Below, in pieces: positions 12,451 to 26,599 of a DNA stretch of 64,000 nucleotides. Under the pieces are notes generated by a model. It ran no database searches. It had not been told where the DNA came from and saw nothing but the letters and a program-made list of their open reading frames with translations. The stretch lies in the NCBI RefSeq assembly GCF_009914755.1, contig NC_060939.1; one strand, given 5' to 3'. Position 1 is the stretch's first letter. Each line of letters starts with the position of its first letter. The DNA comes from the human T2T-CHM13v2.0 reference genome, Homo sapiens. The position numbers and the translations under genes were made by a program.

Positions 12451-13607
12451 TATTGTCTGTCTTTTATTTCATTGAACATAATTATGTTGAGATTCATCCA
12501 CATTGTTGCATGTATCAATGGTTCATTCATTTTTATTTCTGAGAACTTGTCTACTGCATGGATATATCATAATTTATGTATGCATTCACCTGTTGATGGA
12601 CATTTGGGTTGTTTCCAGTTTTTAGCTAGTTTGAATAAAGCTGCTATGGACATTCATGTACAAGTCTTTTTATGAACATATGCTTTCATTTTCTTGGATA
12701 AACATATAGGAGTGGAACAGACAGGTTATATGGTAGGTGTAAGTTTAATGTTTTAAGAAACTGCCAGACTGTTTTCCAAAGTGGTAGCATGATTTACATT
12801 TCCACCAGCAGTGTATGAGGCTTACAATGATGGCTTCACTTCGTTGCTGATGCTTGGTATGATCAGTCTGTTTGATTTTAAACATTCAAATGGGATGTAA
12901 TGGTTATAATTCGCATTTCTCTGATGATTGATGATGTTGAGAATGTTTTCTTGTGCCGTCCATATATATCTTCTTTGGTGAAGTGTCTCTTTAAACCCTT
13001 TTACCTATTTTAAAAATTGGGTTGTATGTCTTATTACTGAGTTTTGAGAGTTCTTTATATATTATGTTTATAAGTCCTAACAGATATGCTTCTTTGAAAA
13101 TATTATCTCTAAGTCTGTGGCTTGTCTTTTGACTCTCCTAATAATGTCTATCAAGGAATAGAAGTTCTTAATTTTGCTGATGTCTGATTTATCAATTTTA
13201 TCTTTTTATGGATTATACTTTTTGTTGCATTTAAGAAATCTTTGCCTAAATCAACTTTACAAATATTTTTCTCCTGGATTTTATTCTAGAAGTTTTATAG
13301 TTCTAAGTTTACGTTTAGCTTTATGATCCATTTTGAGTTTGTTCTTGTAGATAGCGTGAGGTGAGAATTGGAGGGGATTTTTTTTTTGGCCTATGAATAT
13401 TTAATAAGCCAAATTTGGGCATCATTTGTTTAAAAGGTTATCATTTCCACAAGTAATTGCCTTTGCGTCTTTCTTTAAAATCTATCAGTCTATCTGTTTT
13501 GGGTCTACTTCAGGACTCTATTTTGTTCCATTAATTTATTTGTCTTTCTTTATACCAATACCATGCCTTCTTGAATACCATAACTTTAGAAGACTTGAAA
13601 TCAGTAG

Positions 13608-14136
13608 TGAGGCAAGAGAATAGGGTCTGGAGGCAGGGAACCTAAGGCCAATTCATGCTGACTTCCCAGGACTGAATCAAAAGAAAAACCCCCACCTCTC
13701 CATATCCATGTAACAAAAGGATCAGAGGCTATTCCCTTTGCAACCCCTTCACTTTTCTGCATTGCAGATGAAAAACGAAAGTACCTCTGATTGGTCCCCT
13801 CCTGCAACCAATCAGACTGGTCTCAGGCCAAGTCTTCATGTGTAACTTTGTAACTTCACGTCAGTCTCTGATTAGTTATCTTCCACAACCAATCAGACTG
13901 GTTGCAGGCCACTACTTCATTTACATAGGATATAAACCAAGTAATCAATGGGAAACCTCTAGAAGGTATTTATACTCCAGAAAATTCTGTAACCAGACCT
14001 CTTGATCTGCTTGCTCAAGCATGCTCCTACTCTGTGGAGTGTACTTTTATTTCAATAAATCTGTGTTTTCCTTTCCTTGCTTTGTTTGTGCATTTTGTCC
14101 AATTCGCCAAGAACTGGACAGCCTCCACCAGTAACA
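13608..14136 (+). mobile_element. MER51 ERV1 solo LTR
   Basis: Starts tgaggcaagagaatagggtctggaggcagggaacctaaggcc, ends gtaaca; 4-bp TSD gtag; several CCAAT boxes and an AATAAA. Confidence 0.88.
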
Positions 14137-14175
14137 GTAGTGTAAATCCTCCTACTTTGTTCTTCCTTTTAAAAG

Positions 14176-14265
14176 TTGTTTTTAGCTACTCTAGGTCCTT
14201 TTTTTGACTTACATGAATTTTTGTTTTTAGCTACTCTAGGTCCTTTTTTTGACTTACATGAATTT
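14176..14265 (+). repeat. Perfect 45-bp tandem duplication
   Basis: ttgtttttagctactctaggtcctttttttgacttacatgaattt x2. Confidence 0.95.
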
Positions 14266-15031
14266 TAAAATAAGCACGCCAATTTCTACAAACTGTCCTG
14301 GGCTTGTGATTGAGATTGCATTGAATCTACGGATCCATTTAAGGAGAATTGATATCAATATTAAATTATCCAAACCATGAACATGGCATATGTCTTCATT
14401 TAGGTTATCTTTAATTTCTTTCACAGGTGTTTTATAATTTTCAGTGTACAGTCCTTGCATACCTTTTTTTAAAATCAGATTTACTGCTAAGCATTTTATT
14501 AATATTTGTTGATGCTATTGAGAATGGTGTAGGTTTTTAAATTTAAATTTTGGATTCTTCATTTCTGGTATAAACAGATTGATTTTTCTTTACTTATTTT
14601 GTCCTACAACATTGTTAAGTTTGTTTATTCTGGTAACTTTTGAAGACTGCGTAAGATTTTTTATAAGGTAATAATGTTGTCCATAAACAGAGACAATTTT
14701 ATCTCTTCCTTTTTAATCTGTATGTCTTTTTTTTTTTCATTGCCTTATTTCACTGGCTAGAATCTCCACTACGATGTTGAACAGAAGTTATGAGAGTGGA
14801 TATCCTAGGTTTTTCTGATTTTAGGAGGAAAGCATCCAGTCTTTCACCACTAAACATGATGTGCTTAGGTTTTTGTAGACTTTTGTTGATCTCCTTTATT
14901 AGGTTGTGAAACTTCTATTCCTAGTTTTCTGGAAGTGTTCTTTTCCTTAAAAAAAAATCAGAAATGGATGTAAGATTCTGCCAAATGTTTTTTTCTGCAT
15001 CTATAGAGATGACCATATTTTAGTCAATGTA

Positions 15032-15318
15032 TTTTTTTTGAGACAGGGTCTCACTTTGTCACCCAGGCTGAAGTGCAGGGGTGCAATCAGGGCTCACTGC
15101 AGCCTCGACCTTCTGGGCTCAAGTGATCCTCCCACCTTAGCCTCCTGAGTTGCTGAGACCACAGGCACATGCCACCATGCCCAGGTAACTTTTTTATTTT
15201 TTGAGATAGGGTCTTCCTGTATTGCCCAGACTGGTCTCAAGCTCCTGGGCTCAAGTGATTCTCCCACTTCAGCCTCTCAAAGTGCTGGGATTACAGATGC
15301 AAGCCACTGCACCCAACT
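15032..15318 (-). mobile_element. AluJ
   Basis: Antisense Alu gagacagggtctcactttgtc...gggctcaagtgatcctccc. Confidence 0.9.
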
Positions 15319-15389
15319 TATTCAATAATTTTTAATGTTCAACCAATATTACATTAGTGGAATAAACCCACCTTATTGTGATATATCAT

Positions 15390-15700
15390 TGTTTTAGGCT
15401 GTTTGGGCTGCTATAACAAAATACTATGGACTAGGTGGCTAATAAACAACAGAAGTTTATCTCTCACAGGTCTAGAGGCTGAGAAGTTCAAGATCAAGGT
15501 GCCAGCAGTTTCAGTATCTTGTGAGGGTCCATTTCCTGGTTCATACAGGGTCTTCTTGCTGTATCCTCACATGGAGGAAGGGTGGAGGGCTCTATCCTCA
15601 TGACCTAATCACCTCCCAAAGACCCCACCTCTTAATGCTACCATTTCATTAGTTAGGACTTCAACATATGAATTTCGGATACAAACATTAAGAACATAGC
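15390..15700 (-). mobile_element. MLT1A-like MaLR LTR
   Basis: gggctgctataacaaaatac...aagttcaagatcaaggtgccagcag...acaaacattaagaacatagc. Confidence 0.8.
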
Positions 15701-16614
15701 CATTTTCCTTTTAATATATTGCCGGATTCAATTTTCTATAATTTTGTTTTTGTTTTTCTTTTAATTGACATTTTGTTTTTAATTGACATTTTGCTCTTAA
15801 TTGACATTTACTAGAGATGTAGATTGGTAATTATCTGTTCTCACCTCTGCTTTTCTAATGTCTGTCTGACTGGTAGCAGTGTAATAATGCCTTCATCACT
15901 GAATAAATTGGGAAGTATTCCCTCATCTTTAATATCTAGAAAAGTTTGTGTAGGATTGGAATTACTTCTTTTTTAAGATTTGATACAATTAATCAGTAAA
16001 GCCGTCTAGACTTGGAATTTGTTTTGTGCATGTGGGAATGTTTTTAACTACAAATTAAATTTCTTTAATATATATAGGGTTATCTAGATTAATATTCTCT
16101 TACCCTTTTCTAGAATCTCTTATTTATCTCTTTCATCCCTAATATTGGCAATTTGTGTCTTCTGTTTTTTTTTTTTTGTGGCTATAGATTTATCAATTTT
16201 ATTGATCTTTTCAATAAATACCGACCTTTTGGTTTTATTAATTTTTCTCTATTGTTTCTCCGATATCAGTTTGATTTCTGTTTACCTTGGGTTTAACTTG
16301 CTATTTTTTTCTTAGTTCCTTAAAGTGGAGGCTTAGTTCAATGACTTGAGATCTTTCTTTTCTAACATAGACAGTTAATGTTATAAATTTCCCTCTAAGT
16401 ATTGCTTTAATTGTATCCCACAAATTCTGATACATTGTGTTTTTATTTTTATTCAGTTCAAAATACTTTCTAATTCCCTTTGATTTTTTTCTTTGGCTTA
16501 TGGGCTATTTAGAAGTGTATCATTTAGTTTCCCAATATTTGGAGGTTTCCTAGGGATATATGTTATTGATTTCTAATCTTATTTCACTGTGGTGTGAGAA
16601 TATATTTTGTATGA

Positions 16615-16924
<310 letters not shown>

Positions 16925-17380
16925 TGACTCCTTTTAAAGTTACTGAGAGTTATTTTATAGCACAGAATATAGTCTATCTCTGTAAACATTCTGTGTGCAC
17001 TTGAGAAGAAGGTACATGCTGCTGTTATGTGGAATGTTCTATAAATGTCAATTAAGTTGTCAGTTGATACTGCTTTTCATGTTTTCTATATTCTACACAT
17101 TATCTTTCTACTCATTCTATCAATTTGGACAGAGTGTCAAAATCTCCAACTATAATTGTGAATTTGTCTATCCTTCCAATTCCATCAATTTTTGCTTCAT
17201 GTACTTTGAAGTTGTTATTAAGTGCATAAATGTTTAGAATTTTGATATTTCTTGATTAATTGACCCTTTTACCAATATAAAATGACATTAGTTATCCCTG
17301 GAAATATTTGTTGTTCTGAAATCTACTTCATCTGGTATTAACATGGTCACCCCAGGTTTCTTTTGTTTAGTGTTAGCAAG

Positions 17381-17822
17381 TTTAGTGGGTTGAAAAATGT
17401 CCCTCCGAAATTCATGTTTATCTGGAATCTCAGAATGTAACCTTTTTTTGGAAATAGGGTCTTTGCAGGTGTAATTAAGGTAAGGATGGAGATGTGATCA
17501 TACTGAATTTAGTGGGCCCTAAATCCAATAAGAGTGTCCCTATAAGAGACAGAAAAGGATATCAGAGAAGCAGGGAGAAGGCCATGTGAAGAATGAGGGG
17601 GATATTGAAGTTGTGCTGCCTCTAGCCAAGGAGTGCCAGGAGCCACCAGAAGCTGGAAGAGGCAAGGAAGAATTCTTCTTAGAGCCTTTAGAGGAATTAT
17701 GGCCCTGTCAACACCTTGATTTCAGGCTTGTGGCCTCCAGAACTGTGAGAGAAACAATTTATGTTCTTTTCAGGCACTAAGTTTGTGGTAATTTGTTAAG
17801 TCAGCCCTAGGAATCTAATAGG
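17381..17822 (+). mobile_element. MLT1C-like MaLR solo LTR
   Basis: ggaaatagggtctttgcagg...ctccagaactgtgagagaa...gccctaggaatctaata. Confidence 0.83.
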
Positions 17823-17845
17823 ACATGGTGTATCTCTTACCATTG

Positions 17846-18749
17846 GTATTACCATTCTGTCTCCAGAGAGGTAGAACCGAGAGAGAGACAGGGGCAGGGA
17901 GGTGCGGGGGTGAGAGAGGGAGGAGGAGGGAAGGGGAGGGGAGGGGAGGGAAAGGGAGGGCAGGGGAAGGGAGGAGAGGAGAGAAGAGGGAGAGAAGAGA
18001 GGGAGAGAAGAGGAGAGGAGAGGGGAGGGGAGGGGAGAGGAGAGGAGAGAGGAGAGGAGAGAAGAGAGAGAGAGAAGAGAGGAAGAGAAGAGGGGAGGGG
18101 AGGGGAAAGCAGGGGAGGGGAGGGGAGGAGAGGAGAGGAAAGGGAGAGAAGAGAGGAAGAAAAGTGGGGAGGGGAGGGGAGCAGAGGAGAGGAGAGGAGA
18201 GGAGACGAGAGGAGAGCAGAGGAGACGAGAGGAGAGGAGAAGAGAGATTTATTAGGGGAATTGGCTCTTATGGTTACAGAGGCTGAGAAGTCTTACAGAA
18301 GACTGTCTGCAAGCTGGAGAACCAGGGACGCTGTTAGCTCAGCCTAAGTCCAGAGGTCTGAGGGCCAGAGGAACCAACAGTGTAACTAAGTCCAAGGCTG
18401 AACGCCCAAGAACCCAGGGGGCTGCTAGTGCAAGTCCTGGGGCCCAATGGTTGGAGAGTTTGGAGTTCTGATATCCAAGAGCCGGTGAAGAAGGGTGTCA
18501 GGCCCCGAAGACAGAGAGAAAGTGAACTCACCTTTGCCTTTCCTCTGCTTTTTAATTCTATCTTGGCCTCAGCCGACGGAATAGTGTGGGCCCACATTGA
18601 GTGAGGATGGGTCTTCCTAACCCACTCCATGGATTCTAATGGCAGTCTCTTCTGGAAACACCCTCACAGACACACCCAGAAATAATGCTTTACTAGCCAT
18701 CTGTACATCCCTTAATCCAATCAAATTGATACCTGAAATTAACCATCAC
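17846..18749 (-). mobile_element. MLT2 (ERVL) solo LTR containing expanded GA-rich tract
   Basis: tctccagagaggtagaacc...gaattggctc...gtctgcaagctggaga...cacccagaaataatg...aaattaaccatcaca. Confidence 0.83.
17879..18247 (+). repeat. Polypurine (GGAGA/GGGGA)n low-complexity tract, about 370 bp
   Basis: Almost exclusively G/A; explains the G/R/E-rich pseudo-ORFs. Confidence 0.95.
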
Positions 18750-19191
18750 ATCCTCCCTTTCCTTTTAACCTATTTGTGTCTTTATAATTAAAATGAGCTT
18801 CTTGTTGGCAGCCTATAGTTGTAGCTTGCTTTATTTATCCAATTTGATAATTTTTGCCTTTTTCTGGGACTCTTAGACCATAACATTTAATGTGATTTTT
18901 TAATATGGTTAGATTTGATAGAGCTTTTAAACTCTAATAACTCGCTGTTTTCTGTATTCTTTTTCAGTCTTCTTTTGAATTAATTGTGTATTTTTAATTA
19001 TTTCTTTTTATGTCCTTAGTAGAGTTACCAGTTATCCTTTTCTTAGGGCTGCTTCAAGGTGTATAGTACACCATTTTTAATAATCACATTCCACCTTCAA
19101 ATGATATTATACCATTTCATGTAAGTGTAATAACCTTACAACAATATACTTCCATTTTTCCCTCCCAAATACCTTGCTATCATTTTTGCTA

Positions 19192-19491
<300 letters not shown>

Positions 19492-21319
19492 GAGTCAGCT
19501 GTGCTTTAAAGAGATTAAACAAGATAAACAGTCTATTTAGACGCATAGTTATATCCTCTCCAGTGCTCTTCATTCCTTTGGGTAGGGACACATTTGTATC
19601 TGGTATCATTTTCCTTCTGCCTGAAGCACTTGCTTTAACGTATCTGTAGCCTGCTTGTGATAAATTCGTTCAGCATTTATATGATTTTAAAAGTCTTCAT
19701 TTCATCTTCACTTTTGAAATATATTTTTGCTGGGTATAAAAGTCTAGGTTAACTTTTTTTTCTGTATTTTTAAAATGTGGTTTCACTCTTATGGCTTACA
19801 TTGTTTTTGATTAGTCTCCTGCCATGTTTATCTTTGTTCCTCTGTACATAGGGGTATTTTACTCCAGATACTTTAAAGATTTCCTCTTTCTCACAGGTTT
19901 TAAGCAACTGCTTATAATATATGGTGTAGTTTTCTTCATGTTTCTTGTGCTTGAGTTTGTTGAGCTTCTTGAATATGTGATTATATAGTTTTCATCAAGT
20001 TTGGAAAATTTCCAGCCATTTTTTTTCTACTTTTTTTTTTTTTTGTCTTCTCCTCCTTTGGGAGCTTCAACTGCCTGTGTATTGGGCTTCTTGAAGTTGT
20101 CCCACAGCTCACTAATGCTTTGTTTTTCAGTCTTTTTTTCTCTCAGTATTTTATTTTAGATAGTTTCTATTGTTATATCTTCAAATTCAGTATTCTTTTC
20201 TCTGTGGTGTTGAATTCTATCCAGTTTATGTTTCGTCTCATACATTGTAGTTTTTCATCTCTAGACATTGCTTTTTTTTTTTTTGTTTTCTATCTGCCAC
20301 GTCTCTACTAAACATGCCCAAACTTTCTTTTCCTCTGGCTTCTTGAACACATGGAATGCAGTTATAATAACTTTTAATTCCCCCATCTATTAATTGTATC
20401 ACCTGTGTCATTTCTGCATCAGTTTCAATTTATTGATTTTCTCCTTATTATGCATCTTATTAGCCAACTTGTTTTCATATTTAATTTTTTATTAGACATC
20501 AGACGTTGTGAATCTGACTTGTTGGGTACTGAATATATATATTTTTTATTCTTATAAGATCCTTGAGATTTATTCTGGGATTCAGTTAAGTTACTTGGAA
20601 ACAGTTTGACCTTTTTAGGTATTGCTTTTAAGCTTTGTTTGAACCAGAAAAGAATTTATTCTAGGACTAATTTTGCCCCCACAAATTAGGTAAAATCCTT
20701 TTGGGTCTCTTACCCAATGCCTCATAAATCTTGAGGTTTTCCAATCTGGCTGTTGAAAGCAAGAACCATTTGCAGCCTTGTGTGATCTCCAGGAATTTCC
20801 CCCCTAATCTTTATTCTTTCCCTGGTCTTGGGTTGTTTCCTCACTTATGTGAACTGATGAGAAGTAGCTGAAGACTCAAAGAGGACTCTCTATAGATTGC
20901 TGGAGCTTTCTGCCTGTGTAGCCTTTTATTTTTCATTCTCTGGTGTGTGAATTCTAGTTGTCTTGGCACCCCACCTCCATCTCCCCATCTCAAGGGGACT
21001 TCTGGGTTCTGCCTGGGTTCCCCCTTCTTGCAACGTGGCCTGGCAGATAGGTGGGGCAATTGTGGGACTCCTATAATTTGTTTCCCATCTCCTAAGGATC
21101 ACTGTTCTTCCAGTATCCAGTATCTTGAAAACTGCTGTTTAATTTATTTTGTCTGGAATTTCCTTAGTTGTTTCAGGTCAGAAAGTAGCTGGCAACAGAA
21201 GTTGTACCCTTGCCTCCCTCTGTATCCATTCTCCCATATCCTCCTATGCCCCTCAAGCCCTGCTACTGCCAAGAAATGTCATTTATTTAGAGCCTTTCTA
21301 TATTTCAGCAGCAGGTAAT

Positions 21320-21555
21320 ATGGGCAGCGACTGGTTATATGTCCCTGGAGTCATATATACTGGGGTTCAGATCTCAGCTCTGCCAGTTCCTGTGTAGCCT
21401 TGGCCAAATTACTTCATCAGCTTGAGCCTCAGTTTCCTTATTTGAAAAAGAGAAAATGATACCTAGCTATAGGGCTGTTGTGAGGGTTAAATGAGGTAAT
21501 GCATAGAAGGTAAGTAGCACTACACGATGGCATCCATAATATAATTCAATGAGTA
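21320..21555 (+). mobile_element. MIR SINE
   Basis: ccttggccaaattactt...gagcctcagtttcctt...gttgtgagggttaaatgag core. Confidence 0.8.
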
Positions 21556-21694
21556 CAAGCAGGATGAGTTTTTTAAACTGCCTCAAATTTCTCCATTGTC
21601 TGCTCCTGCCTCTGTTCCAGGGGACAATCCCACCATTCCTCTTAAGCTCCTGGAAAGGGGCGTATGACCGGCCCTAAATTTCTTGCACCAACAG

Positions 21695-21895
21695 AGGGGA
21701 GCAGTCATGTGGAGAACTTCCAATAACACATGCAGCACATCATGGACATTTGGCCGCACGAAGCATTATAATGATCTTTTCTTTGCGGCAGATTGACTTT
21801 ACTAATTAGGTTGGGTTCGAACCAATGTTAAATACAGTTTGCATGTACAGAACGCAAACCAACTGGCAGCAACAGGGAACTCAGAAACATTTCAG
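21695..21895 (+). pseudogene. Candidate decayed coding exon (201 nt)
   Basis: Branch/acceptor ccctaaatttcttgcaccaacag| and donor CAG|GTAACA; several CpGs retained; frame FGRTKHYNDLFFAAD*LY*LGWVRTNVKYSLHVQNANQLAATGNSETFQ. Confidence 0.4.
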
Positions 21896-22269
21896 GTAAC
21901 AGGACAAGCCAGCTATGATTAAAACTTTGCTTCAGATAATCCTTTCTCTCTCCCTTGGCCTCCATTTTTATGAGCTCAGTAAATATTGAAGATATTAACC
22001 CTTTATCATATTTGCTACAAATACACTTTCCCCAAGTGTTGTTCAATTCTGTTTTGAAATTCAAATCTGTCTCAAACAGAATTTTAAAATCTGTGTGTAG
22101 TTAGACTATGGATCTTCCCTTTTCTAATTTACTCTACTGCTTTCAGGCCTAGGAAAACCCCTTCCAATGACTGAATAAACATCCACCTTTATTTTCTGTT
22201 TTCAACATTTTATTTCTTATCCTAACTAGAATTTATTTTGATTTTAATATGTGGTATAAGGTGCAAAGG

Positions 22270-22529
22270 TGTTGGTATTTGAGATAATTAATGCCAGCTG
22301 CTACAATGGCCAAACCCTGAAATCTAATGCCTTAACACAGCAAAGCCTTAGGTTTCACTCACATTAAGCCCAGTGATGTTTGGATGGCATTCCTTGTTTG
22401 GTGCTCTTCCAGGCAGTGACTCAGGGACCCAGGCTGCTTCTACCTGCAACTCTACCATCTTAAAGTCTTTTGTTTCCAGCTGGGGGGATCCCATAGAATA
22501 TTTGATAAGCACTATCTGTCTCTGCCGCA
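22270..22529 (-). mobile_element. Old MLT1 (K/L-like) LTR fragment
   Basis: gcagtgactcagggacccaggctgcttc and atatttgataagcacta motifs. Confidence 0.55.
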
Positions 22530-23359
22530 AGACTTAACTGGATTTTTCAAAATAACTAATCAACAATTACATGACCCGGAGGCATTTACTAATCACATAT
22601 TAAGTTGTTATATGTGTACTATGGTCTGACTGCTTATCTTGTTCTATCAGGCACTGTACCACTTTTTTTCTTTCAAACTAGTTTTATATATGTCTTCACA
22701 TCCGGTGGGGTGAGCTCTTCTCTCATTATTTTTCTTTATCAAAATGTTCTTGGCTATTACATCATAGATCATATTACATATTGCACATGATCTCTTAGCA
22801 TATGAGACTGCACTCACTGCCCAGAAGCTCAGCTAACATCTCAGTTAGAGGATGTCAAAATCCATCTATCCATCTTCTACCCCTTTTCCAAACTCCAGGC
22901 CCACATTTCCAGGCACCTGATTTGTAGTTGGAAATACCTGGAAATTTGGCCAGGTCTGGTGGGAGCTAGAGTACACAGCAGCCAATGGCTGATTTTTTTT
23001 AAGTCAGAAGTAGACATAAATCAGAAGGAAAAGAGCCGATGCTTTAAAATATTTCCCCATCTCCATTGAAAAGCTCAGGAAATAATAAGGCGTGATAATT
23101 CTGGGATCCCCTTACTCAGGAGGGCCTACCGCATTTGAGAAACCTTGAGCAAGTCGTTTCAGTCCTTCATGAGTCTACACTCTCCTCACTGTGGCTGAGT
23201 TGAGGGGGGAGGAAGAGAAAAAGCACAGTAAGTGGCTGGTGGTAGTAGCTCAGAGCAACGGTTCAGAGGTTGGCCCCAGATGCCAGCAGAGGTCTTTAAG
23301 ATTTGAGTACCCTTGCACAATATGCAGTGAAGGACAGATGTCACCAAAACAAGAATAAT

Positions 23360-23600
23360 AGTAACTACTCCCAGTTTTTGAGCACCGACTCTGGGCTGGT
23401 CATCTTTGAACATAAACTCATTAGACCCTCACGACTACCCTGCAAGCTAAGCAATGTTACCTCTAGTATACAGATGAGGAAGCTTAGGTTCAGAAATGTC
23501 AAGTCTCTTACCCAAAGCCACAGAGCTAATGAGGAGGAAAACCAGGATTTAAACCTGGGTCAGCTGACTCCAAAGCCTGTGCCCCATCTACTCAGCTATG
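23360..23600 (-). mobile_element. MIR SINE
   Basis: tacagatgaggaagcttaggttcaga...cccaaagccacagagcta...ggatttaaacc. Confidence 0.75.
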
Positions 23601-23943
23601 CTGTATCTGCCAACTTTCAAAATAGTAGGGAGATCTGGAATGTTGAATAGCTCATGAACATAATTAAAACTGGCCTTGAACATTTTTTGCAGTTGTGTGG
23701 GAGGGGTGATGGTCCGTGTTAACTGTGCAGTGGAGGGAGAATTTACAATACTCTCCCTGGATCATGCTGAAGAGGAGTAATGTGGGTGGTGAACTGGGAA
23801 CCAGTTGTCCAGAACAACCATACTGAGTTTCTGGACACTAGACAGTTGCTTATTTTGCTCTTTGCCTCAACAGATAGACCGGCTATTAAGGAAGAAAGCC
23901 ATCTTCTATAACATACAACACAATGGAACTGTTTAAGAAATTG

Positions 23944-24289
<346 letters not shown>

Positions 24290-24765
24290 CTAAGACCAAT
24301 TGCTCTTAGTCTCCTAAAGGCCAAATAAGAAGCAAAAAGCTTTTATATGTATCAAAAGAAATTATCTGTCTTCTGAGGAGACCCTTCTTTCATGGCATTC
24401 AAACTTCGGAGTATTAGGCTTTTAAATGCAGAAAAGCAGTAGTCCTAATTAGGCATCACATGATTCTGACCAATTTGAATTAGGAAGCAGAAAGAAGCTC
24501 GATTGATAGAGGATATTATTGCAAGAGAAATGCTTGGGAGACAGTGTGGAGTGAATCTAGGCCTGGCCTGCCCCCTCTGCTGCCCTTTGGCATCAACCTA
24601 TGTCACTCACATAGTTAAGGAGAGTCTCAGACAAAGGAAATACTCTACCATGATTGGGATTTGCTGAGCACAAGACTATTTCCACAGTGTTTCAGGCACA
24701 AGAAACAATTATGCATTTTGCTAGAGTGCCTGTTGCCTTAATGATTACATCCATGTGTATTTTAG

Positions 24766-24940
24766 GAGAACGTCTGTCTTCTGCTTCTTATTCATTTACA
24801 CTTTACACTTCAAAAGATTGTTTTGTAGGAGCTACTCAATGCACAAGAAGTCTCATGAGTTTTTCTTCTAAATGAGCCAGCAACTTTCCAAGAATCAGGA
24901 AGCTGAAAGTTGCCAAGAATAAATAAATGAACTCCAGAAG
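24766..24940 (+). pseudogene. Candidate decayed coding exon
   Basis: Acceptor gtgtattttag|G, weak donor AAG|GTTCAA; frames LLIHLHFTLQKIVL*ELLNAQEVS* and SQQLSKNQEAESCQE*INELQK. Confidence 0.33.
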
Positions 24941-25509
24941 GTTCAAGTTTGGTTTAAAAACTCTGTAAGGTTTAAAGTAGGTTCTATATCTGGCCTAACT
25001 CCATGTCCTCATCTAAGACATAAACCACAGGAGGGAATACTCCTCCTGGCATGTAACTTTTTCCCAAGCATTCCATCTAATAGTCATTTCCAATAATGAT
25101 TGATTGGAAAATCTTAGCAAAGTAGTCCTAATGCAATGCTATAAGCAGAAATAGAGGTATGGTGGAATAGCTCTTGCCTGACAGTTAGGCAGCCTCTGCC
25201 TCGGTTCTGCCACAAAATTTTCTGGACAAGGTAAAGCGTGTCTCTCTGTGCCTCGGTTTCTTCATCTATGAAATGGAGAAACAACACTAGATGGTGTCTA
25301 AAATTCGGTGGTAACAATTCCAAATGAACCCTTGTCTAGTCCATGGAAGCAGGGAGTCTGGGACTTCAGTATTATTGATCAAGATTGGAATTAGTTGGTT
25401 GTGTTCATGTCCAACTATGAAGATTAAAAAAAAAATGAGTAAGCTGGTGACAGACGTGTCAAAAGAAAATATGTGTGATTGAGAAAAAGTAAGGAGGTAC
25501 AATAGATAT

Positions 25510-25943
25510 TGTTGGTGTCTCACCTAGACACCCTTTACCGAGCCAGTGCTCCCATCTCTGAGCTGCTGTGGGTGTTGGCTGCTAATTGCACACATCTGTA
25601 CCCTTCCCTGGAGGCTGGAGGTGTGGGAGGTTACAAGACCCCTCTTACCCTACTCTGGAGGCATTGTGGCCAATAGCTGATAGGTGTGTGGGGGGGGTGT
25701 CTACCAGCCCAGCCCTGTTGCCTCTGGGCAGGATGACCTTGATGGTGCACTTTGTGCTCCAGGGCACCCCAGGGGATCAAGCTGTGGCTGGATTTCCCCT
25801 GACATTCTCACTGAGCTCCTTCCCCTACCTTCTCCTGCTCCTCTCACTCCCCTATGGGTTTCTCCTGAGAGCACTCCCTCAAAACATCACTTGCCTAAGA
25901 ATCTCCATCTCTGACTCTGCTTCTAGGGACCTGACCCATAATG
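25510..25943 (+). mobile_element. LTR16-family ERVL LTR
   Basis: tggccaatagctga...ctcctgagagcactccctc...aagaatctccatctctgactctgcttctaggg. Confidence 0.7.
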
Positions 25944-26599
25944 AGGGGAGGAAGAAAGTGAGCCAAGCCAGTAACCCATTTGTGTTATGAGAAACCTCCT
26001 GGGCTCGTATGTCCTGAGCCTGGCACAGAGCAGGTAATGATGGAGACTGCAGGGTTGCAGGACATGAGACAGCCATGCACACAGAGTTTTGTGGTCTGGG
26101 TAGGAATTTCATGTCTCCATCCATTCAGCAGCCATTCACTGAGAATGAGTACCGTGATGGGTCTGGGTCTGCAAGCAGCTTGGCTCAGTCAATTTGGTTG
26201 ATGCTGTAACTTGACCAAGCTGGGCTTTGCTGCTGCTGAGGCCTCAGAAGCAGGCCGAGAAAGGGAGGGGACAGGCATTGTAGCAGGGCGTGGATGGCAT
26301 ACATTCTTCCCAGGGGATGTCTGAATACAGTACTAGGGAATTTGAGAAGGAGGAATGATGACATTCATCTGGAAGAGCACAGAAGACTTCCCGAAGGAGA
26401 TAGCATTTCTTCCGGGTCTGACGGATGTGCCTGACTTAAAAATGTGGAAACATGCCGGGCAGAGCATTCTAGGTGGAAAAAGAGTCTGAGCTAAATGGAC
26501 GTGCTCTTCTCTCCAGTCTTCTCCTGTCTTCCTTTCACCTGCTTCAAGGTGGGACTGTGATCTTCCCCCACCTTTCTGATGGTGGGCCTTAGAGCCTTA

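Noticed and set aside
17825-18347. G/R/E-rich ORFs of 145-153 aa
   Set aside because: Translation of a purine-only simple repeat that lacks T and so cannot contain stop codons.
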